Below are positions 1 to 7,386 of a stretch of 11,700 nucleotides of DNA, piece after piece; position 1 is the stretch's first letter, and each line of letters begins with the position of its first letter. The stretch is from Candidatus Eiseniibacteriota bacterium. Lineage in GTDB: Bacteria > Eisenbacteria > RBG-16-71-46. The stretch covers positions 1 through 11,700 of the forward strand of contig JANMQY010000068.1 of NCBI GenBank assembly GCA_031370785.1, in the 5' to 3' direction. Position numbers and translations under genes: made by a program. The notes under the pieces are model-generated. The model saw only the letters and a list, made by a program, of their open reading frames with translations. It did not search any database and was not told the DNA's origin.

Positions 1-101
1 TCGAGCCCGCGCTCGCCTTCGAAGGTCACGCCGCCCAGCACCAGCTTCCGGCCTTCGGCTTTCCGGTGAATGTCGTAGCCGGTTCCGATGCGCATGGTCA
101 T
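1..101 (-). CDS. ispF: 2-C-methyl-D-erythritol 2,4-cyclodiphosphate synthase, 5' part (runs off the left edge)
   Basis: Hand translation from ATG at 101 gives MTMRIGTGYDIHRKAEGRKLVLGGVTFEGERGL, matching the IspF N-terminal RIGxGxDxH...LxLGGV signature. SD-like AGGAGAAGG at 108-116, and it starts 1 nt after the ispD stop. Not in the supplied ORF track. Confidence 0.95.
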   Translation of the reverse strand, partial: MTMRIGTGYDIHRKAEGRKLVLGGVTFEGERGL

Positions 102-102
102 G

Positions 103-783
103 TCAGACCTTCTCCTGATTGGCGGTGAGCCACGCCTCGGCGAGGCGCAGATCGTCGGGGGTCGTGATCTTGAAGTTGAACGCGTCGCCCCGCGTCAGGT
201 GCACGCGATGTCCGAGCGCCTCGACCAGCGCGGCATCGTCGGTCGCGACCGCCTTCGCGGCGGCGTGCGCGGCCTCGAACCAGTCGCGGCGGAATGCCTG
301 CGGGGTCTGTGCCCGCCACAGACCCGCGCGCGAGACCGTGGCGTCCACCGTCTCGAGCGTTCCGCGCTTGAGCGTGTCTTCGAGCGGAAGTGCCGCCAGC
401 GCCGCGCCGTCCTTGAGCGCATCGCCCACCACGCGCGTGATGCACTCGACGCTCACCAGCGCCCGCGCCGAGTCGTGCACCGCGATGGTCGTGCAATCGG
501 GCGGCAGCGCGCCCAGCCCTTTGGCCACCGAGTTCTGGCGCTCCTTGCCCCCTTCGACCCACGCCGACACCTTGCTCGTCTCCGCTCCGCAGGTTGCCGC
601 GAGCTCGCGCAGCGTGCGCACCGGACCGACCACGACGATCGCATGAATCGCCGCGCAACGCTGGAGCGCCGAGAGGCTCCACGTGAACAACGGGCGTCCG
701 GCCAGCGGCACGGTGGCCTTGGGCACGCCCGCCGAGAGTCGCTCACCCTTGCCGGCACACAGCAGGATCGCGCCGACGCTCAA
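103..783 (-). CDS. ispD: 2-C-methyl-D-erythritol 4-phosphate cytidylyltransferase
   Basis: 3' part of ORF 103..1104 has the motifs AGKGERL..PK, GGKERQNSV, VHDSAR, QTPQAF, TDDAALVE and NFKITTPDDL. Start placed at TTG 781-783 (GAGGG at 788-792; TTGA overlap with the upstream stop), giving 226 aa. Confidence 0.95.
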   Translation of the reverse strand: MSVGAILLCAGKGERLSAGVPKATVPLAGRPLFTWSLSALQRCAAIHAIVVVGPVRTLRELAATCGAETSKVSAWVEGGKERQNSVAKGLGALPPDCTTIAVHDSARALVSVECITRVVGDALKDGAALAALPLEDTLKRGTLETVDATVSRAGLWRAQTPQAFRRDWFEAAHAAAKAVATDDAALVEALGHRVHLTRGDAFNFKITTPDDLRLAEAWLTANQEKV

Positions 784-989
784 CGCACCCTCGTCACGGC
801 GCCGCCGGTCATGCGCACGAGGTCGCGCGGATCGAGCCGGAACAACGCGTTCGGATGTCCCGCCGCGGCCCACACCTCGCGATGCGTATGCAGGTCCTCG
901 TCGATCAGGGTTTCGAGCGGCGTCGCGTGGCCGAGCGGCGGGATGCCGCCGATCGCGAATCCGGTGCGCACCGAGCCCGGCGCCGTCAT
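780..989 (-). pseudogene. Internally deleted/truncated YbaK/EbsC-family (aminoacyl-tRNA deacylase/ProX-like) gene, 69-aa open frame
   Basis: TGFAIGGIPPLGH..LETLIDEDL....VWAAAGHPNALFRL..DLVRMTGG matches the C-terminal part of YbaK/EbsC proteins (normally about 155-160 aa). The N-terminal part with the conserved Lys is absent. ATGA overlap with the radA stop and TTGA overlap with the ispD start. Confidence 0.8.
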
Positions 990-2497
990 CGACGCGACCC
1001 GGCGGGATCAGGCCGCGAGCCCGCAGGATCGGGCCGCGGTTCGCCTTCGGGGCGCGCCTCGTCCTCGAGCGCGGTCTCGCCCTTGAGAGGGCTGCGCTCG
1101 CCAAGCAGCGCCTCGATCGCTTCGCGAAGCGTCACGAGCGGAATCACTTCGAGTCCCGCGCCCTGCGCTTCCGCTGCCTGCGCCGCGGGCACTCCCGCCT
1201 TGCGGAACCCGACCGCCGCCGCCTCGCGCACGCGCGCGTCGACGCGCGACACACGGCGCAGCTCGCCCGAAAGGCTCACTTCGCCGACCGCGAGCGTATG
1301 CGGAAGCACGGGCCGGGAGCGGAAAGAGGAAGCGATGGCGAGCGCGACGCCCAGATCGGTGCCCGGCTCATCCAGCGTGATGCCGCCGGTCACGGTCACG
1401 AACACATCGTGCCGGCCGAGCCTCAACCCCACGCGCCGCTCGAGCACCGCGAGCAGCACCGCGAGCCGGCGGCTGTCGTAGCCGCTGGTCACGCGCTGCG
1501 GCGTGCCATAGAACGAGCTCGACACCAGCGCCTGCACCTCGACCAGCAGCGGGCGCGTGCCTTCCAGGCTCGCGACCACCGCGCTTCCGGGCTCGGCGCG
1601 CGAAGAGCCCGAGAGAAACGCCGCGCTCGGATTGGCGACCTCACTGAGGCCGCGGTCGCTCATCTCGAACACGCCAAGCTCGTGGGTCGATCCGAAGCGG
1701 TTCTTCGCGGCGCGCAGGATGCGGTAGTGCTGGTAGCGCTCGCCCTCCAGGTAGAGCACGGCGTCCACCATGTGCTCCAGCACGCGCGGGCCGGCCACCG
1801 CGCCATCCTTGGTGACGTGGCCCACCAGGAACACCGCGGTGCGCGCGCCCTTGGCGAAGTGGAGCAGCGCGAGCGCGCACTCGCGCACCTGCGCGAGAGA
1901 GCCCGGCCCGCCCTCGAGAGCGGCGCGCGCCATGGTCTGGATCGAGTCCACCACCATCACGTCGGGCCGGACCTGGGAGGCCGCATCCAGCACCGCTTCG
2001 AGATCGGTGTCGCACAGGATCAAGAGACCTTCGGGAACGACTCCGAGCCGCGAGGCGCGCAGGCGCACCTGCTCCTCGCTCTCCTCGCCCGAGACGTAGA
2101 GCACGCGCTGCGGCGCCTCACCGCCAGCGAGCGAGAGCGCGAGCTGCAGCAGCAGCGTGCTCTTGCCGATCCCAGGGTCTCCGCCGACCAGCACCAGGGA
2201 TCCCGGCATGATGCCGCCGCCGAGCACGCGGTCCAGCTCCCTCACTCCAGTCGAGCGGCGCGGCGCGTCCGAGACTTCGACCGAGGCAAGCGGACGAGGG
2301 CCGGCGGTGGCCGCGGCGCCGGCCGGCGTCCAGCGCGCGCGCGCCGCGCGCACTCCGCGCTTCGCGGCGGGCGCATCGGCAGCGGGCGCCTGCGCAGCGG
2401 TGTTCCATGCGCTGCATGCCGGGCAGCGTCCGAACCAGCGCGCGGACTCGTGTCCGCACGCCGAGCAGAAGAAGTGATCGCGGGACGGCTTGGCCAT
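986..2497 (-). CDS. radA: DNA repair protein RadA/Sms
   Basis: N-terminal C4 zinc finger (CSAC...CPAC), Walker A GGDPGIGKST, DSIQT, GHVTKDG..AGPRVLEHMVD, KNRFG motif, and a Lon-like C-terminal domain (EGTRPLLVEVQAL, GEVSLSGELR). GAGGGG SD upstream. Confidence 0.98.
   Translation of the reverse strand: MAKPSRDHFFCSACGHESARWFGRCPACSAWNTAAQAPAADAPAAKRGVRAARARWTPAGAAATAGPRPLASVEVSDAPRRSTGVRELDRVLGGGIMPGSLVLVGGDPGIGKSTLLLQLALSLAGGEAPQRVLYVSGEESEEQVRLRASRLGVVPEGLLILCDTDLEAVLDAASQVRPDVMVVDSIQTMARAALEGGPGSLAQVRECALALLHFAKGARTAVFLVGHVTKDGAVAGPRVLEHMVDAVLYLEGERYQHYRILRAAKNRFGSTHELGVFEMSDRGLSEVANPSAAFLSGSSRAEPGSAVVASLEGTRPLLVEVQALVSSSFYGTPQRVTSGYDSRRLAVLLAVLERRVGLRLGRHDVFVTVTGGITLDEPGTDLGVALAIASSFRSRPVLPHTLAVGEVSLSGELRRVSRVDARVREAAAVGFRKAGVPAAQAAEAQGAGLEVIPLVTLREAIEALLGERSPLKGETALEDEARPEGEPRPDPAGSRPDPAGSRR
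995..1036 (-). repeat. Imperfect 21-bp tandem duplication encoding RPDPAGS-RPDPAGS in the RadA C-terminal tail
   Basis: Minus strand CGGCCCGATCCTGCGGGCTCG (1036-1016) followed by CGGCCTGATCCCGCCGGGTCG (1015-995); 17/21 identical. Confidence 0.8.
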
Positions 2498-2572
2498 TTG
2501 GGCCCCTCGAGAAGGGGGCGGGTGAAGTGGAACGCTTAGGAACGCCCGCAGCGCGGGGTCCGGCGTCCGGGA

Positions 2573-3469
2573 TCAGAAGACCTTGAGGCTGAGGTACTTC
2601 TTCGGGTTCTTCTTGATGTCCTCGATCAGATCCTTGAGCGCTTGCACCGTAGTGCTCGCATCGGCGTACAGCTTGTCGTCGTTCACCAGCTTCCCGAGTG
2701 TGCCCTCGCCGCGGTGGACCTTGTTGGTCATGACCTGCACGACGCGGCGCAGCGAGTCGAGTCGGGCGGTGAGCACGTCGAGATTCTGGGCCGCGGAGGA
2801 GAAGTGATCCATCGCCGCGCGCAACTGCTGCTCGCGGTCCACGGTCAGCGACTTCAAGGTCTTCGAGGACGCTGAGAAGTTTTCGAGCGTGGTCTTGAGC
2901 GCGGCGCGGTTCTCCTGCACCGCAAGCTGCAGATCCTTGCTGGTGTCGCGGAGGTTGCGCATGGTCTGGCCGAACTCGCCCGAGGGCGAGAGCATCTCGG
3001 AGGCGCCCTGCAGTCGAGCGGTGAGCTGGTTCAGCGCATCGACCGAGCCGCCGACCCCTGCCATCACCTCACCCATTCCGGATTCGTAGAGGCCGGGAAT
3101 GGTGTCCCGATCGCTGTAGGCGCGGCCGGTCATGCGCAGATCGACCGCGATCACCTTCTCGCCCATCAGGCCCACGTTGCGGATCGCGACCCGCGAGTCC
3201 TCGGTCAGCATGATGTCGCGCGAGAGCGCGAGATCCACCGCCACCTGATCGCCGACCAGTTGGATGCTCTGCACCACGCCCTTGCGCAGCCCGTTGACCT
3301 GCACCTCATCGCTCGAGCTGAGCCCGCCGGTCTGCGTGAAGCGCACGTGCCACACGCGGACCTCGCGGTTGAGTTGAAGCTCCTTCAGCCACGTCACGCC
3401 CCACAGCAGGATGCCGACGGCCACCACCACCGTCAGCCCCACCTGAACCTCGAGCTTTCGCGACGCCAT
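2573..3469 (-). CDS. mlaD: MlaD/MCE-family lipid ABC transporter substrate-binding protein with long helical C-terminal region
   Basis: Start at ATG 3469 (MASRKLEVQVG, SD GGGGAGGGG). N-terminal TM helix, MCE motifs GL...V.VNG..KG.V..I and GLMGEKVI, coiled-coil-like region, C-terminal GTLGKLVND..LY...DIKKNPKKY. The longer 428-aa ORF call overlaps mlaF. Confidence 0.9.
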   Translation of the reverse strand: MASRKLEVQVGLTVVVAVGILLWGVTWLKELQLNREVRVWHVRFTQTGGLSSSDEVQVNGLRKGVVQSIQLVGDQVAVDLALSRDIMLTEDSRVAIRNVGLMGEKVIAVDLRMTGRAYSDRDTIPGLYESGMGEVMAGVGGSVDALNQLTARLQGASEMLSPSGEFGQTMRNLRDTSKDLQLAVQENRAALKTTLENFSASSKTLKSLTVDREQQLRAAMDHFSSAAQNLDVLTARLDSLRRVVQVMTNKVHRGEGTLGKLVNDDKLYADASTTVQALKDLIEDIKKNPKKYLSLKVF

Positions 3470-3480
3470 GCCCCTCCCCT

Positions 3481-4227
3481 TCAGACCGGTTTGATCGGGC
3501 CCTCGCTCGAGCCCTCGATGAATTGCCGCATCAGCGGATCCTTCGTGGTGCGCACCTCGTCCACGGTCCCGGTGAACACTACCTTGCCGCCATACAGCAT
3601 GGCCATTCGATCCGCGACCTTGTAGGCACTCGTCATGTCGTGGGTGACCACGACCGAGGTGACCCCCATGCGCTGCTGCAGGCTGCGAATCAGCTGGTTG
3701 ATCACGTCCGACATGATCGGATCGAGCCCGGTGGTCGGCTCGTCGTACAGGATGACCTGAGGGTCCATCACGATCGCGCGCGCCAGTCCGGCCCGCTTGC
3801 GCATTCCGCCCGAGAGCGAAGCCGGCTTGACCTCTTCCACGCCCTTGAGCCCCACCCACTCGAGGCGCTCGGTGACGCGCTTGTGGATGTCCTGCTCGCT
3901 CATGCGCAGATGCTCGCGCAGCGAGAGGCCCACGTTCTCGCCGACCGTCATCGAATCGAACAGCGCCGCGCCCTGGAACAGCATGCCGAAGCGCTTGCGC
4001 ACTTCGTTCAGCTCGCGCTCCTTCATCCCGATCAGCTCGTCATCGTCGACCTGGATCGAGCCCTTGTCCGGCGTCATGAGTCCGATGATGTGCTTGAGCA
4101 GGACGCTCTTTCCGGTGCCGCTGGGCCCAAGCACGACGATGGTCTCGCCGGTCTGGATGTCGAGGTCGAGACCGTCGAGCACCTGCTTGCGCCCGAGTCG
4201 CTTGGTCAGACCGCGGATCTTGATCAT
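3481..4227 (-). CDS. mlaF: MlaF/Mkl-type ABC transporter ATP-binding protein
   Basis: Start MIKIRGL at 4227 (ATGA overlap with the mlaE stop). Walker A GPSGTGKS, Q-loop FQGAALFDSMTV, signature LSGGMRKR, Walker B YDEPTTGLDP, and VTHD. Confidence 0.93.
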   Translation of the reverse strand: MIKIRGLTKRLGRKQVLDGLDLDIQTGETIVVLGPSGTGKSVLLKHIIGLMTPDKGSIQVDDDELIGMKERELNEVRKRFGMLFQGAALFDSMTVGENVGLSLREHLRMSEQDIHKRVTERLEWVGLKGVEEVKPASLSGGMRKRAGLARAIVMDPQVILYDEPTTGLDPIMSDVINQLIRSLQQRMGVTSVVVTHDMTSAYKVADRMAMLYGGKVVFTGTVDEVRTTKDPLMRQFIEGSSEGPIKPV

Positions 4228-5030
4228 GAGGCGAAGATGAACCGGAAGAGGACGTTCGCCAGCACGTAGTCGCTGATCAGCACGAGCACGCACGAGGCCA
4301 CCACCGCGCGAGTCGTCGCGATGCCCACGCCCTCGGCGCCGCCCTCGGTGGCGAAGCCGTAGTAACAACCCATGGTGCCGATGATGCCGCCGAAGATCAC
4401 AGCCTTGAACAGTCCCGAGAACAGGTCCTTATAGTAGAAGAACTGCTTGAGCCCGAGCACGTAGGTGTGGCTGCTCACGCCGATCGTGGTGACTGCCACG
4501 AACCAACCGCCGAACACCGCGATCGCATCCGCGAACACGGTGAGCACCGGCAGCATGATGATGGCCGCGACCACGCGCGGGACCACCAGGTAGCGCACCG
4601 GGTTGATCGCCATCGCGCGCAATGCGTCCACCTGCTCGGTCACCTTCATGGTGCCGAGCTCGGCCGCGATCGAAGCGCCGACGCGCCCGCCCACGATCAG
4701 CGCGGTGAGCACAGGCCCGAGCTCGATGATCACCGAGCGCAGGATCACCGAGCCAATGAACTTGAGCGGGACCACGGTGCTGAACTGATACGCCGCCTGC
4801 ACCGCGGACACCGCGCCCGTGAACATGCTCACCACGACCACCAGCCACAGCGAGCCGACTCCGATCGCGTGGCACTGCTGGATCACGAGGTGCATCGCGC
4901 GCACGCCGGGCACGAAGTAGCGCCCGACGTCGCCGAGCAGGATGGTGACGCGACCGATCTCGGCCAGCCAGTTGAAGAAGCGATTGCGGATCGCCAGGAA
5001 TCCGCGCACCGCAAGATCGTCGCCGTTCAC
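4224..5030 (-). CDS. mlaE: MlaE-family lipid ABC transporter permease
   Basis: ELGPVLTALIVGGRVGASIAAELGTMKVTEQVDALRAMAINPVRYLVVPR and GGAEGVG.ATT.AVV are MlaE signatures; multiple hydrophobic segments. The exact GTG start is somewhat uncertain. Confidence 0.95.
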   Translation of the reverse strand: MNGDDLAVRGFLAIRNRFFNWLAEIGRVTILLGDVGRYFVPGVRAMHLVIQQCHAIGVGSLWLVVVVSMFTGAVSAVQAAYQFSTVVPLKFIGSVILRSVIIELGPVLTALIVGGRVGASIAAELGTMKVTEQVDALRAMAINPVRYLVVPRVVAAIIMLPVLTVFADAIAVFGGWFVAVTTIGVSSHTYVLGLKQFFYYKDLFSGLFKAVIFGGIIGTMGCYYGFATEGGAEGVGIATTRAVVASCVLVLISDYVLANVLFRFIFAS

Positions 5031-5033
5031 GCT

Positions 5034-6422
5034 CTAGAATCCCGGATCGGTTTCGCCCGGCATCATCGGGCTGTAGGGGACGAACTTGGTGCAGTCGCGC
5101 AGGAACGTCAGGTCGACGTCGTCGGTCGGGCCGTTGCGCTGCTTGGCCACGATGATCTGCGCCTTGCCCGGCTCGGCCGTGTCCTTCTTGTAGACCACCT
5201 CGCGGTACACGAACATCACCACGTCCGCGTCCTGCTCGATCGAGCCCGATTCACGCAGGTCCGAGAGCTGCGGCCGCCCGACCCCGCCGCGCTGCTCGAC
5301 CGCGCGAGAGAGCTGCGAGAGCGCGATCACCGGCACGTACAGCTCCTTGGCGAGCGCCTTCAGGCCGCGCGTGATCTGCGAGATCTCCTGCACGCGGTTC
5401 TCGGCCTGCGTGCTCGGACGGATCAGCTGCAGGTAGTCGATCACCACCAGGCCCAGTTTGTTCTCGCTCTTCAGGCGCCGGCACTTGGCGCGGATCTCCA
5501 TCAGGGTCGGGGCCGCGCTGTCGTCGATCATGACCGGCGCGTTGTAGAGGGGCCCGATCATGTTGGTGAGCTTGCGCATCTCGACGTCGCTCAGGTGCCC
5601 GTTGCGCACCTTGTGCAGCGGGACCTCGCTCTGCGAGCACAGCATGCGCAGCACGAGCTGCTCCTTGCTCATCTCGAGCGAGAACACCGCGACCGGAACC
5701 TTGTCGCGCCCGGTGGCCGCGTTCTCCGCGATGTTCATCGCGAACGAAGTTTTCCCCATGCTCGGCCGGCCGGCGATGATGATCAGGTCGCTCTTCTGGA
5801 AGCCCGAGGTGAGCTTGTCGAGATCCTCGTAGCCCGAGGCGACGCCGGTCACGAACACCTTGCGCTCGGACAGCTCCTCGATGTGCTTCATCGCCGGCAT
5901 GACCAGCTCCTTGACCGGGATGAAGCCCTGGCGCACGCGCTGGTCGCTGATCGCGAAGATGCGCTGCTCGGCGCGGTCCACGATCATCGCCGCTTCGTCG
6001 GCGCCGGCGTAGGCCTCCTGCGAGATCTCCCCGGAGGCCTTGATCAGCGATCTCAGTAGCGCCTTGGCGCGGATGATCCTGACGTGCTGCTCGAGGTTCA
6101 CCGAGGCGGCCGCGTACTCCATGATCTGGGTGAGCATGCCGATTCCGCCCACCGCCTCGAGCTCGCTGCGCTTGCGCAGCTCTTCGGTGAGCGTGATCAG
6201 GTCGGCCTTTTCGTTGCGGTTGTAGATCGCGAGGATCGCGTCGTAGATCCGCTGATGGGCGACGCGGTAGAAATCCGAGGTGTCCATCATCTCGACCGCG
6301 CGTCCCACGGACTCGGTATCGAGAAGCATCGAGGCCAGCACCGAGCGCTCGGCGTCGAGAGCCTGCGGCGGCGTGGGCCCTTCGGCGGCAAATCCGCGCG
6401 GGGCTGTGAGGGTGTCCGTCAT
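5034..6422 (-). CDS. dnaB: Replicative DNA helicase
   Basis: PPQALDAERSVL N-terminus, Walker A GRPSMGKT, FSLEMS, IDYLQL, ALSQLSR, DLRESGSIEQDAD, AKQRNGPT. Start taken as ATG 6422 (GGAAGG at 6429-6434, 6-nt spacing); ATG 6428 is an alternative. 462 aa, no intein. Confidence 0.98.
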   Translation of the reverse strand: MTDTLTAPRGFAAEGPTPPQALDAERSVLASMLLDTESVGRAVEMMDTSDFYRVAHQRIYDAILAIYNRNEKADLITLTEELRKRSELEAVGGIGMLTQIMEYAAASVNLEQHVRIIRAKALLRSLIKASGEISQEAYAGADEAAMIVDRAEQRIFAISDQRVRQGFIPVKELVMPAMKHIEELSERKVFVTGVASGYEDLDKLTSGFQKSDLIIIAGRPSMGKTSFAMNIAENAATGRDKVPVAVFSLEMSKEQLVLRMLCSQSEVPLHKVRNGHLSDVEMRKLTNMIGPLYNAPVMIDDSAAPTLMEIRAKCRRLKSENKLGLVVIDYLQLIRPSTQAENRVQEISQITRGLKALAKELYVPVIALSQLSRAVEQRGGVGRPQLSDLRESGSIEQDADVVMFVYREVVYKKDTAEPGKAQIIVAKQRNGPTDDVDLTFLRDCTKFVPYSPMMPGETDPGF

Positions 6423-6433
6423 AGTCATCCTTC

Positions 6434-6508
6434 CGCGGCCCAATGCCGCGCCGGGGTGTTGCTCGAATCTCTCATCCGGACGTCGTTCCGACGACCGGAA
6501 AACGTCGG
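6434..6508 (-). promoter_or_regulatory. Inverted-repeat cluster in the udg-dnaB intergenic region (possible structured mRNA leader)
   Basis: Stems read directly: TCCGG-a-CGTCG-ttc-CGACG-a-CCGGA (6475-6499); an overlapping alternative CCGACG-N9-CGTCGG (6488-6508); and CGCGGC-N5-GCCGCG (6434-6450) abutting the dnaB SD. Function is inferred. Confidence 0.4.
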
Positions 6509-6513
6509 CAGGT

Positions 6514-7386
6514 TCAATCCGCCTGATATTCGCGGGCCAGGAGCTGCATGTCCTCCCACACCGGGCGCTTGTAGGCCGGATTGCGCAGGCACGCGGCCGG
6601 GTGGTAGGTCACGATCAGCTTCGCCCCGTGGAATCGGTACACCTTACCCCGCATGCCGCCCAGCGCGCCTTTCATTCCGAGCAGCAGCTCGGCCGCGGTC
6701 TTGCCGAGGCAGCAGATGATGCGCGGCTTGATCGCGTCGATCTGGCGCAGCAGGTAGGGCGAGCTCATCTCGACCTCGTGAGGAAGCGGTACGCGATTTT
6801 CTGGCGGCCGGCAATGCACGATGTTGCCGATGAACACGGTCCCGCGGTTGAGCGGAACGCCGGGGATCAGCTTCGCCTCGTCCATCGCGAGGATGATGCG
6901 ATCGAGAAGCTGGCCGGCGCGCCCCACGAACGGTTCGCCCAGCCGGTCCTCGTCGGCGCCGGGTCCCTCGCCCACGAACACGATGCCGCTCTTCGCCGAG
7001 CCCACGCCGGGCACTGCCAGAGTTCTGAGCTTCGAGAGCGCGCACTTCTCGCACACTTTCACTTCCTCAGCGATCGCAGCGAGCAGCGGCTCGGCCGTCA
7101 TTGCGATCGCCGCGCGCGCTTCGATTCCTTTCGGATAGAGCGGCGGATGAAACGAGGGCAACGCCTCGGTCGCCTCTTCGAAGAGCGAGCGGCCGGAGGG
7201 CTCGAGGCCGTCGGGCTCGTCGGAGACGGATGCGGGCTCGCCGGCCGCGGCGAATGCGCCAGTCCCGCGCGCCCTTGCGGCCGCGCTCACCAGCAGCTCG
7301 CCGAGCCCGGCGGCGCGCTCGCGCTCGAGCGAGCGCCGCACGCTACGCGAGATCTCCGCCAGCTCCTTGCGCGGATCGTCGCTCAT
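6514..7386 (-). CDS. Uracil-DNA glycosylase, family 4 (Fe-S type), with N-terminal extension
   Basis: CxxC (CEKC), VPGVG, motif [33 protein letters not shown], motif [20 protein letters not shown] and ATGA overlap with the coaBC stop. Confidence 0.95.
   Translation of the reverse strand: MSDDPRKELAEISRSVRRSLERERAAGLGELLVSAAARARGTGAFAAAGEPASVSDEPDGLEPSGRSLFEEATEALPSFHPPLYPKGIEARAAIAMTAEPLLAAIAEEVKVCEKCALSKLRTLAVPGVGSAKSGIVFVGEGPGADEDRLGEPFVGRAGQLLDRIILAMDEAKLIPGVPLNRGTVFIGNIVHCRPPENRVPLPHEVEMSSPYLLRQIDAIKPRIICCLGKTAAELLLGMKGALGGMRGKVYRFHGAKLIVTYHPAACLRNPAYKRPVWEDMQLLAREYQAD

Noticed and set aside
784..1104. Apparent ~107-aa N-terminal extension of IspD (ORF 103..1104)
   Set aside because: It overlaps the ybaK remnant and the radA 3' end in another frame. 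IspD similarity begins at the TTG at 783, which has its own SD and stop/start overlap.
3470..4368. Extended starts for MlaD (3859) and MlaF (4368)
   Set aside because: Both extensions are alternative-frame reads of the upstream genes; better starts with an SD or ATGA coupling exist at 3469 and 4227.
5034..6422. Possible intein in DnaB
   Set aside because: The length of 462 aa is normal and the helicase motifs are contiguous, with no splicing motifs.
6475..6502. Rho-independent terminator between udg and dnaB
   Set aside because: On the transcribed (minus) strand the short T run precedes the stem, and on the plus strand the stem is followed by As, so neither orientation has a 3' U-tract.
6514..7386. 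UdgX or phage SPO1-polymerase-related assignment of the glycosylase
   Set aside because: It has GEGPG rather than GEQPG and no KRRIH loop, and the context is housekeeping with no phage genes.
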